Source: Candidatus Electronema halotolerans (GTDB taxonomy: Bacteria; Desulfobacterota; Desulfobulbia; Desulfobulbales; Desulfobulbaceae). From it: 32,000 bases of DNA. The stretch is taken from positions 2,910,001-2,942,000 of the forward strand of contig OW818675.1 of the NCBI GenBank assembly GCA_942493095.1, read 5' to 3'. The position numbers were made by a program, and so were the translations under genes. A model generated the notes under the pieces. That model worked only from the letters and a program-made list of their open reading frames with translations. It searched no databases and was not told the origin of the DNA. Positions 9,399 through 17,579 of the stretch are shown in pieces. Within the stretch, counting starts at the first letter, position 1, and each line of letters begins with the position of its first letter.

Positions 9399-10478
9399 AT
9401 GAAGCCTGTTGAACTGCGAGAAAATGTCTGGTGGTTAGCCAGCCGTTCCGACTCCCTGCTGGAGGTCAATGTCTATCTCCTCTGTTATCCGCATGACAAG
9501 GGGCGGGCTAATCTGATCGTCGATCCTGGCCCGCCGGAGCTGCTCACCTGCCTGCAAAAGGCGACCGTGCCGATCATCGGCGGCTTGGAGCATGTTGACG
9601 GCATTCTGATCAATCATCAGGACCCTGATGTGGCCACCAATGCCGCCTACATTCAGAAGCTCAATCCCAAGTGCATGACGGTCGCTTCAGAAGACACGTG
9701 GCGGCTGATTCATTTTTTCGGCCTCAAGGCCAGCCGCTTCAAGGCGGTGGAGAGTTATCACAACCACCGGGCCACCATGCCGGGCGGCTGCCGCCTCCAT
9801 TTTGTCGGCTCGCCCTTCTGTCATTTCCGGGGGGCGATGATGTATTATGACGAGCGCAGCCGGATTCTTTTCTCCGGCGACCTCTTTGGCGGCCTCTCCT
9901 ACACTCCTGATCTGTACGCCACAGAAGCCTCCTGGGACGGCATCAAGACCTTTCATCAGCTCTACATGCCCTCGCGGGAGGCACTCCGGCTGGCTGTCTC
10001 CCGGATCCGCAATCTGGACCCGCCGCCAGACATGATCGCCCCGCAGCATGGCGGCATCATTCAAGGCGGGCTGCTTAAAGATTTTGTTGACCGGATCTAT
10101 AATTTGGATGTCGGCTTGGACCTGCTCGTGGCCAGCGAGAAAGAGGAGAATTATCTTGGCGCGGTCAATGAAATTTTGGCTGAACTGGAACAGGAAGAGT
10201 CTGCCGAGGCCTTGGCCAAGGGCATTGCCGCCCTGAATCAGGACCGCTCCTTCACCAGCATCATGACCTTTGCCGGCACCAAGGTGACTGCCTTCAAAGT
10301 TGATCCGCCGACCGCAATCAAGACCCTGCTGACCCATCTCCGCAAGCATGGCGGCTTGGGACTGGAGAGTTTGGTCAACTTGGTGGCCTTGAAAGTCCTG
10401 ATAGGCCGGAACATTCCAATCAGCGACATTCTGCCGCAAAACTGGGACGGCGAAGATTTGCCTGACTATTTTGAATAA
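9399..10478 (+). CDS. MBL-fold protein of the oxygen-binding diiron (ODP)/flavodiiron-like group with a C-terminal extension
   Basis: Metallo-beta-lactamase fold pattern: NHQDPDV, PFCHFRG, LFSGDLFGG and IAPQHG metal-ligand motifs. Confidence 0.75.
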   Translation: MKPVELRENVWWLASRSDSLLEVNVYLLCYPHDKGRANLIVDPGPPELLTCLQKATVPIIGGLEHVDGILINHQDPDVATNAAYIQKLNPKCMTVASEDTWRLIHFFGLKASRFKAVESYHNHRATMPGGCRLHFVGSPFCHFRGAMMYYDERSRILFSGDLFGGLSYTPDLYATEASWDGIKTFHQLYMPSREALRLAVSRIRNLDPPPDMIAPQHGGIIQGGLLKDFVDRIYNLDVGLDLLVASEKEENYLGAVNEILAELEQEESAEALAKGIAALNQDRSFTSIMTFAGTKVTAFKVDPPTAIKTLLTHLRKHGGLGLESLVNLVALKVLIGRNIPISDILPQNWDGEDLPDYFE

Positions 10479-10495
10479 CCGCGCCGCAGGCCGCC

Positions 10496-11191
10496 ATGAA
10501 CCGCAAAAATATTCTGATTGTTGACCGGGACAAGGAATTCATGCTGGAACTGCGCGAAGCGTTCCTGCCCTACAGCAGCAGCTATCAGACCGCCTTCAGC
10601 AACAGCACAGCCAAGGCCCGTGAAATCCTCGAACGCTTCATGGTGCATCTGGTGCTGGTCAATGTCCAGCTTGCCGGAGAAAGCGGCATTGACCTGCTCC
10701 TGCATGTCCGCCGCCACTATTCGGACACCCATGTGGTGCTTTACAGCAGCAATCTGACTGAGGAACTGAAGCGCTCCGCCTATCACGGCGGCGCAGCAGC
10801 GGTTCTTGAGCATCCCTTCCGTTTTGAAGACCTGCTGAATATTCTGACCGGCATTTTCTTCAAAGATTCGGGCAGCAGCTTTCTTGATTCCGTGCATCTT
10901 GCTGATCTGCTTCAGCTTATCGGCATGGGCGGCCATTCCACTGATGTGGTTGTGGTCGGTGTCGGCCAGCAGCGGGGCGTGATCCGCATCCGCAGGGGCA
11001 AGTTGGTTGAGGCTGAGGCCTGCGGCAAACGGGATGTGGAGGCAGTGACAGAAATGCTCTCCTGGCGTGCTCCGGCAATCAGAACTTGCCGCGCCTCCAC
11101 CGGCATAGGCTCTGCCGCCCAAGCTCTTCCGCTCCACGACGTGCTGATGCAGGCCGTGGCCAAATTGGATGAACGACCGCTGACAATTTGA
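10496..11191 (+). CDS. Response regulator receiver domain with C-terminal DUF4388-like segment
   Basis: ILIVDRDKEFMLELREAF ... VHLVLVNVQLAGESGIDLL receiver domain; SVHLADLLQLIGMGGHSTDVVV ... GVIRIRRGKLVEAEA resembles DUF4388. Confidence 0.75.
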   Translation: MNRKNILIVDRDKEFMLELREAFLPYSSSYQTAFSNSTAKAREILERFMVHLVLVNVQLAGESGIDLLLHVRRHYSDTHVVLYSSNLTEELKRSAYHGGAAAVLEHPFRFEDLLNILTGIFFKDSGSSFLDSVHLADLLQLIGMGGHSTDVVVVGVGQQRGVIRIRRGKLVEAEACGKRDVEAVTEMLSWRAPAIRTCRASTGIGSAAQALPLHDVLMQAVAKLDERPLTI

Positions 11192-11367
11192 TCTGGGAGT
11201 GCTTGCGCCTCCATTCCCCTGCAAATATTCCTTGCTGTTTTCGGCAGCAGGGGATATTTTCTTCAAACTCACCTGCAAGTTCCGCCTTGCTGCAAAAAAA
11301 GGCGGGCTGCTGTGAGCAAATCATCCAGCCTATCAAAGACGACAAAAGCTGTCCGCAGCACTGAAGC

Positions 11368-13212
11368 ATGACCTATATTCTCGGCATTTCCGCCTATTAC
11401 CACGACAGTGCGGCAGTTCTGCTGGCTGACGGCAAGATTGTTGCCGCTGCTCAGGAAGAACGCTTCACCCGCAAAAAGCATGATCCCGGTTTTCCCGGTC
11501 ATGCGATTCAGTATTGTCTGCAAGAGGCGGGCATCAGCATTGAGCAGGTCAGCGATGTTGTTTTCTATGACAAGCCTTTGGTCAAGTTTGAGCGGCTGCT
11601 GGAAACCTATCTGACCTATGCGCCGCAGGGTTTCCGTTCCTTTATCGCGGCCATGCCGGTCTGGATGAAGGAAAAGCTCTACATCAAGACCACGCTGAAA
11701 AGAGAACTGAGCAAGCTGTGCGGCTGCAAGCAATCTGCCCTGCCCAATCTGCTCTTTTCAGAACATCATCAGGCGCATGCGGCTTCAGCCTTCTTTGCCA
11801 GTCCCTTTGAGAAGGCGGCAGTTCTCTGCTTGGATGGCGTTGGCGAATGGGCAACCACCTCGGTCTGGCAGGGAGACCGTAGCACCTTGCAGGCTCTCTG
11901 GGAGATGGATTTTCCCCATTCCCTTGGTCTGCTCTATTCCGCTTTCACCTATTACACCGGCTTCAAAGTCAATTCCGGCGAATACAAGCTGATGGGACTT
12001 GCTCCCTACGGCGAGCCAAAATATGTTGATTTGATTCGCGACAACCTCCTTGATCTCAAGGAAGACGGCACCTTCCGGCTCAACATGGTTTATTTCAACT
12101 ACGCCACCGGCCTGACCATGACCAATGCCCGCTTTGCCAAGCTCTTTGGCGCGCCTGCCCGCAAGCCGGAAGGCCAGCTGACCCAGCGGGAAATGGACAT
12201 TGCCCGGTCGATTCAGGATGTAACCGAAGAAATTGTCCTCCGACTTGCCAAAACTGTGCAGAAGGAGACTGGCGTAGAATATCTCTGCATGGCAGGCGGC
12301 GTGGCCTTGAACTGCGTTGCCAATGGTCGGCTGCTTCGGGAAGGGCCGTTCAAGGACATCTGGATTCAGCCTGCGGCAGGTGATGCGGGCGGTGCGCTCG
12401 GAGCAGCTTTGGTGGTCTGGCAAGAGAAATACCAAGGCCAGCGGACAGCAGACAATGTTCATGATTCTATGTCCGGCTCTTATCTGGGGCCGCGCTTTGC
12501 GGCGGCGGAGATCGAGGCCCGGCTGAATGCTTTAGGCGCACGCTATGAGCGGCTTGACGATGCGCAGCTTATGCCGAAATTAGCCGGACTGCTGGCTGAT
12601 GAGCAGGTTCTTGGTTGGTTTCAAGGACGGATGGAATTCGGGCCGCGTGCGCTGGGCGGGCGTTCAATTATCGGCGATCCGCGCAGTGCCAAAATGCAGT
12701 CAGTGATGAACTTGAAAATCAAATTCAGGGAATCGTTCCGTCCCTTTGCGCCGTCTGTGCTGGCTGAGGATGTGTCTGATTATTTTAATCTGGCCCGGCC
12801 CAGTCCCTATATGCTGATTGTGGCAGATGTGAAGGAAGAGCACCGCATTCCGATGACTGAGGAGCAAAAGCAGCTCTTTGGCGTTGCCAAGCTGAACGTG
12901 CCCCGCTCCACTTTGCCTGCAATCACTCATGTCGATAACTCGGCCCGCATTCAGACCATTCATGCGGAAACTAATCCCCGCTACCATGCCTTGGCCAGCG
13001 CGTTCAAGGAGAAAACCGATTGTCCGGTGCTGGTCAACACCTCCTTCAATGTGCGCGGCGAGCCAATTGTCTGCACGCCCGAAGATGCTTTTCGCTGCTT
13101 CATGCGCACCAACATGGACTGCTTGGTGATCGAAAATTATCTGCTCCTCAAGTCAGAACAGCCTGAATGGAAGGATGACAAAAAGTGGATGCAGGAATTT
13201 GCCCTGGATTAA
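11368..13212 (+). CDS. Carbamoyltransferase, NodU/CmcH family
   Basis: ILGISAYYHDSAAVLLADGKIVAAAQEERFTRKKHDPGFP, GGVALNCVANG, GRMEFGPRALGGRSIIGDPR and NTSFNVRGEPIVCTPEDA motifs. Confidence 0.95.
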   Translation: MTYILGISAYYHDSAAVLLADGKIVAAAQEERFTRKKHDPGFPGHAIQYCLQEAGISIEQVSDVVFYDKPLVKFERLLETYLTYAPQGFRSFIAAMPVWMKEKLYIKTTLKRELSKLCGCKQSALPNLLFSEHHQAHAASAFFASPFEKAAVLCLDGVGEWATTSVWQGDRSTLQALWEMDFPHSLGLLYSAFTYYTGFKVNSGEYKLMGLAPYGEPKYVDLIRDNLLDLKEDGTFRLNMVYFNYATGLTMTNARFAKLFGAPARKPEGQLTQREMDIARSIQDVTEEIVLRLAKTVQKETGVEYLCMAGGVALNCVANGRLLREGPFKDIWIQPAAGDAGGALGAALVVWQEKYQGQRTADNVHDSMSGSYLGPRFAAAEIEARLNALGARYERLDDAQLMPKLAGLLADEQVLGWFQGRMEFGPRALGGRSIIGDPRSAKMQSVMNLKIKFRESFRPFAPSVLAEDVSDYFNLARPSPYMLIVADVKEEHRIPMTEEQKQLFGVAKLNVPRSTLPAITHVDNSARIQTIHAETNPRYHALASAFKEKTDCPVLVNTSFNVRGEPIVCTPEDAFRCFMRTNMDCLVIENYLLLKSEQPEWKDDKKWMQEFALD

Positions 13213-13229
13213 CTGGATCGGACCTCGCT

Positions 13230-13637
13230 ATGAGCACTGAAAATTTGTCACAAACAGAACTGCGCAAATTCGGCCTGATTCTTGCGGGCGGATTTGTCGT
13301 CTTCTTCGGCCTGCTGATTCCGCTGCTCAAAGGGCGGGGCATTCATCTGATGAACTGGCCGTGGCTGCTGGCCGTCGGGCTGATCTTAGTCAGTGCGGTT
13401 GCGCCCAAAGCGCTTGGCCCGTTGAATCGGGCGTGGATGTTCTTAGGCCATATACTTGGCTGGATCAACACCAGAATTATTCTCGGCATTGTCTTTCTGC
13501 TGATTTTCACGCCAACCGCACTCGTGTTCAGGCTGCTGGGCAAAGACCCAATGCGGCGCAGCTTTGCCATAGGGCAGAAAAGCTATCGGATCAGCAGCAG
13601 TCAGCCCAAGCCGGAGAATTTAAACCGTCTTTATTGA
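13230..13637 (+). CDS. SxtJ-like small membrane protein
   Basis: MSTENLSQTELRKFGLILAGGFVVFFGLLIPLL ... hydrophobic helices, directly after a carbamoyltransferase, as is typical for SxtJ family members. Confidence 0.75.
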   Translation: MSTENLSQTELRKFGLILAGGFVVFFGLLIPLLKGRGIHLMNWPWLLAVGLILVSAVAPKALGPLNRAWMFLGHILGWINTRIILGIVFLLIFTPTALVFRLLGKDPMRRSFAIGQKSYRISSSQPKPENLNRLY

Positions 13638-13650
13638 AGAGGATGTAAAC

Positions 13651-13803
13651 ATGCTGGATTTGCTCAAAGAACTGTGGGGATTTCTGCGGGAGCGCAAGAA
13701 GTTCTGGCTGACTCCCATCATTTTGGTCATTCTGATCTTGGGTGCCCTGATCGTCCTCTCTCAAGGTTCGGCAGTTGCGCCGTTTATCTACACTTTGTTT
13801 TAA
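13651..13803 (+). CDS. DUF5989-like 50-aa single-TM protein (below the ORF-track cutoff)
   Basis: MLDLLKELWGFLRERKKFWLTPIILVILILGALIVLSQGSAVAPFIYTLF, in the conserved position after SxtJ. Confidence 0.75.
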   Translation: MLDLLKELWGFLRERKKFWLTPIILVILILGALIVLSQGSAVAPFIYTLF

Positions 13804-14468
13804 TCCAGCATCACGCCTGTTCCGTCATCAGCAAAGCAAGGCCGCTGCTCCGGGGAGTAGGCGACGCGGCCCTGCTCCTCCAGCAGGGCTTCAAAACGGA
13901 GCAGGTCAGCTTCGCTCAGTTCATCCACGCCGAGCTGCTCAAAGCGGCAGTCGCAGTGAATGAGCTGGCCCCCGCACCACGGGCAAACTTCCACTGGACA
14001 GCCCAGCTCATGCAGCTCGCCAGTAGCGGCCTGACAGGCCGGGCAAATATCCGTGTCTGTTTGCAGGGGCTGATATTCCGGGAACTCTTCCGGGTGCCGC
14101 ACCGCCTCTTGGAAGGCATTGGCATCAGCAAAGCCGAAAAAATCGAGCAGGTCGCTGTCCAGCCAGCCTTGGCTCAGGCTGCCGTTGAACTCAACTCCCT
14201 CGCTGGAGACTAAATACAAATACGTGTCCTCCGAGGCCACGGCAGCAAGCAGGAACAGGCCCTGCTGCCGGGCGACAAGACGCAGCTCCCTGACCCAGTC
14301 GTTCCGCGCCTCTGGGAGAAAGCTGTAAAATTCCTCCAGCACAGTCAGCGCAGTGCGGTCCTGGCCGAAGACCAGCAGCAGATCAAGCGCAGCTTCCATC
14401 TCCTCATCCGGCACGGCATAGCGCATCAGTCTGCGAATATGGTCCCGTTTTTTCTTCATCTCATCCAT
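13800..14468 (-). CDS. Hypothetical protein with C-terminal zinc-ribbon-like cysteine clusters
   Basis: ORF reading MDEMKKKRDHIRRLMRYAVPDEEMEAAL...; CPACQAATGELHELGCPVEVCPWCGGQLIHCDC. Stop codon overlaps the convergent DUF5989 gene stop. Confidence 0.65.
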   Translation of the reverse strand: MDEMKKKRDHIRRLMRYAVPDEEMEAALDLLLVFGQDRTALTVLEEFYSFLPEARNDWVRELRLVARQQGLFLLAAVASEDTYLYLVSSEGVEFNGSLSQGWLDSDLLDFFGFADANAFQEAVRHPEEFPEYQPLQTDTDICPACQAATGELHELGCPVEVCPWCGGQLIHCDCRFEQLGVDELSEADLLRFEALLEEQGRVAYSPEQRPCFADDGTGVMLD

Positions 14469-14498
14469 CTTCTTTTCTTTCTTGAAGTTTTCTCCGTC

Positions 14499-14527
14499 TT
14501 GATCTTTTCCGGCAAAGGCGGTACAAT
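14499..14527 (+). promoter_or_regulatory. Candidate sigma70-type promoter for the citrate synthase gene
   Basis: TTGATC (14499-14504), 17-nt spacer, TACAAT (14522-14527), in the divergent intergenic region. Confidence 0.4.
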
Positions 14528-14731
14528 CGAGCGTCGCTTCCATGCAATACTCAAGGCGGGCCGGACAGCAATGTCCTCCAAGCAAGCAGCCCGCGCCGCC
14601 TGTCTTCAGACCCTTGCAGCGCAGCATTGCACTCACCGGGAGCAGGAATGCACCGCCGCATCTTTCCGCTGGCTGCGCCTGTCCGGCAGGAGGAAGAAGC
14701 CATCCGTTAATCAATCACAGCAACCAGCGAG

Positions 14732-16033
14732 GTGCCCGTCATGACCATCAGCAGCGACAGTGCCACCCTCATCATTGAGGGCAAATCCTACCCTCTGCCC
14801 ATAGTCCAGGGCACGGAAAACGACAAGGCCATCGATATCAGCAATCTGCTGCGGGAAACCGGATGCACCACCCTTGACTTGGGCTACAAGAACACAGCCT
14901 CCTGCACCAGCACCATCACCTTTCTTGACGGCGGCAAAGGCAGACTGAGCTACCGGGGCTATTCCATTGAGGACTTGGCGGAAAAATGCGTCTTCATTGA
15001 GGTGGCCTATCTCCTTGTGCATGGCCACCTGCCCACGGCAGAAGAATACGAGCATTTCCGCCACCTGCTCAACCGCTTCTCGCTGCTGCACGAGGATATG
15101 ATCCACTTTTTCGACCAGTTCCCGCCCAGCGCGCCGCCTATGGTCATCCTCTCGATGATGGTCAACAGCTTGTGCAGCTACTACCCGGAGATGAACGAGG
15201 ACCCGACCAAAGACCTTGATCTGACCGCCGCCCGCCTGATTTCCAAAATCCGCACCATTGCCGCATTCTCCTACAAGAAAAATATGGGCAAGCCGCTGAT
15301 TTATCCCAAGCCGGAACTGAGCTACTGCGCCAATTTCCTCAACATGATGTTTGACAGTCCGGTGGAGCCATATATCGTGCGCTCAGAGGCAGTGGCGGCC
15401 CTGAACAAGCTGCTCATCCTTCATGCCGATCATGAGCAGAACTGCTCCACCTCCACTGTGCGGCTGGTCGGCAGTTCGGGCGTGAACCTCTATGCCTCCA
15501 TCGCCGCTGGCATCAATGCTCTCTGGGGGCCGCTGCACGGCGGGGCGAATGAGGCCGTGATTTCCATGCTGGAAGACATTCAGCAGGACAACGGCAATTT
15601 CCAGAAATACATTGACAAGGCCAAGGACAAATCCGATCCTTTCAAGCTGTCGGGCTTCGGCCACCGGGTCTATAAGACCTTTGATCCCAGGGCAAGTATC
15701 ATCAAAGATGCCTGCGACGATTTGCTGACCGCTCTGAAGATTTCTGATCCGCTCTTGGACATTGCCCTACAGCTGGAGGAAGTCGCCTTGAGAGACAACT
15801 ACTTCATTGAACGCAATCTCTTTCCCAATGTGGATTTTTATTCCGGCATCATTTACCGCGCCCTTGGCATTCCCACCAAGATGTTCACGGTCATGTTCGC
15901 CCTTGGCAGGCTGCCCGGCTGGATCGCCCAGTGGAAGGAGCAGCATCAGGATCCCAACACCAAGATTGGACGGCCCCGGCAGGTGTATGTCGGTGAGCCG
16001 ATCCGCTCGGTTGTGCCCATGTCCCAGCGCTGA
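14732..16033 (+). CDS. gltA: Citrate synthase
   Basis: FLDGGKGRLSYRGYSIEDLAEK, LWGPLHGGANEAVISML, SGFGHRVYKTFDPRA and DFYSGIIYRALGIP active-site motifs. Confidence 0.97.
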   Translation: MPVMTISSDSATLIIEGKSYPLPIVQGTENDKAIDISNLLRETGCTTLDLGYKNTASCTSTITFLDGGKGRLSYRGYSIEDLAEKCVFIEVAYLLVHGHLPTAEEYEHFRHLLNRFSLLHEDMIHFFDQFPPSAPPMVILSMMVNSLCSYYPEMNEDPTKDLDLTAARLISKIRTIAAFSYKKNMGKPLIYPKPELSYCANFLNMMFDSPVEPYIVRSEAVAALNKLLILHADHEQNCSTSTVRLVGSSGVNLYASIAAGINALWGPLHGGANEAVISMLEDIQQDNGNFQKYIDKAKDKSDPFKLSGFGHRVYKTFDPRASIIKDACDDLLTALKISDPLLDIALQLEEVALRDNYFIERNLFPNVDFYSGIIYRALGIPTKMFTVMFALGRLPGWIAQWKEQHQDPNTKIGRPRQVYVGEPIRSVVPMSQR

Positions 16034-16045
16034 ACAACTGAGCTG

Positions 16046-16585
16046 ATGCGTCTGTTTGTCGCCCTTGCTCTGCCGGAGCCGGTGCTGGCGGAGCTGCGGC
16101 TGCTCTGCTGCGGTCTGCCCGGCGCCCGCTGGGTGCCGCCGGAACAGCTTCATCTCACGCTGCGTTTTATCGGCGCAACAGACGGAGCCATGTGCAGAAG
16201 CATCAGCACTGCTTTGGCAAAAATCCACAGTCCTGCTTTTTCCCTTCAACTGCGCGGCATCGGCTTTTTCCCGCCCCGGAAAGCACCGCACACCCTCTGG
16301 GCCGGTGTGGAAAAATCGGATGACGTGCTGCAATTGCACCGAAAGGTTGAATCCGCCTTAACCGCAATTGGACTGGAACCAGAGCAGCGAAAATTCGCGC
16401 CGCATGTCACGCTGGCCCGACTGCGCGGCGGAACTCCGGCAGACAAAATTGGCAGCTTTCTCGTCCAGCACAGCCTGCTTTCGCTGCCGCCTTTTCCGGT
16501 CAGCAGCTTCTGTCTCTACAGCAGCGTCTTGAGCCGCAGCGGAGCCAAACATTATCTGGAAGCCGACTATCCGCTGGCCGGATGA
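16046..16585 (+). CDS. thpR: RNA 2',3'-cyclic phosphodiesterase (2H family)
   Basis: MRLFVALALPEPV start, HLTLRFIG and HVTLARLRG HxTx motifs. Confidence 0.92.
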   Translation: MRLFVALALPEPVLAELRLLCCGLPGARWVPPEQLHLTLRFIGATDGAMCRSISTALAKIHSPAFSLQLRGIGFFPPRKAPHTLWAGVEKSDDVLQLHRKVESALTAIGLEPEQRKFAPHVTLARLRGGTPADKIGSFLVQHSLLSLPPFPVSSFCLYSSVLSRSGAKHYLEADYPLAG

Positions 16586-16631
16586 AAAAAAGGCTGATGA
16601 ATCAAATAAATTCACCAGCCTTGCATGTTCT

Positions 16632-16706
<75 letters not shown>

Positions 16707-16805
16707 CTGTGTATGAGCCATACTTTATACTCCATATAGAGGGGCTTTGACAAGAGGAAAATCGGCCTTAAACCGAAAAAAGACCGCTTTTTTGCAAAAA
16801 AGATT

Positions 16806-17564
16806 ATGGGAATCACGCTTGAGGAGCTGACTTGGAACCGGGCTGACCAGCTCAAGGAACTGCAGGAGCAGCTTGGCCGCACCTTCAAGGATGCGAGTCT
16901 GCTCCAGCTTGCCTTGGTGCACAGCTCCTTCGCCTTTGAGCGGCTCGACTGCGGCAAGCACAATGAAACCTTGGAATTTCTCGGCGACGCAGTGCTGGAC
17001 TTGGCAGTCGGCCATATACTGTTCCTCCGCTTTCCGCAGATGCGGGAAGGGCAGCTCACCCGCATCCGCTCGGCCTTGGTCAATGAAAGCGGTTTGGCTG
17101 AGGCAGCCCGCCGCCTTGATCTTGGCCGCCATCTGCTCTTGGGCCGGGGCGAGGACAGCTCCAATGGCCGGGAAAAAGCCTCAATCCTCTGCTGCGCTTA
17201 TGAGGCCCTGATCGGGGCCATGTTCCTTGACAGCGGCTATGCAGTGGCGCATGATTATGTCCAGCAGACCTTTGGCCCGCTGATTGAGCGCCAGGGCGAG
17301 CGGCTCTGCTCGGCAGATGCGAAGAGCCGATTGCAGGAGCAGCTCCAGGAGCAGCACAATGAGGGGCCGCAGTATGTCCTTGAGGCTGAGGAAGGTCCGG
17401 CCCATGCCCGGATTTTCACGGTTTCAGCGCAGTTCCACAGCCAGCAGCTCGGCGCAGGCCAAGCGTCGAGCAAAAAAGAGGCCGAGCAGCTTGCGGCAGC
17501 AGCAGCCTTGAAATTTCTTGAAGAGCACGGGGGCCAGCTTGAGGCTCGGTCCGGCGACAACTAA
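16806..17564 (+). CDS. rnc: Ribonuclease III
   Basis: HNETLEFLGDAVLDLAVGHILF catalytic signature plus C-terminal dsRNA-binding domain (SSKKEAEQLAAAAALKFL). Confidence 0.97.
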   Translation: MGITLEELTWNRADQLKELQEQLGRTFKDASLLQLALVHSSFAFERLDCGKHNETLEFLGDAVLDLAVGHILFLRFPQMREGQLTRIRSALVNESGLAEAARRLDLGRHLLLGRGEDSSNGREKASILCCAYEALIGAMFLDSGYAVAHDYVQQTFGPLIERQGERLCSADAKSRLQEQLQEQHNEGPQYVLEAEEGPAHARIFTVSAQFHSQQLGAGQASSKKEAEQLAAAAALKFLEEHGGQLEARSGDN

Positions 17565-17579
17565 CTTTTTCACACAGAT

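Noticed and set aside
9687-10439. 250-aa minus-strand ORF opposite the MBL-fold gene
   Set aside because: Antisense shadow ORF; the plus-strand frame has coherent metal-binding motifs.
11281-11310. CCGCC...AAAAAAA...GGCGG as a terminator before the carbamoyltransferase
   Set aside because: Short stem with a long loop, and the A-run sits in the loop rather than after the stem; not a credible intrinsic terminator.
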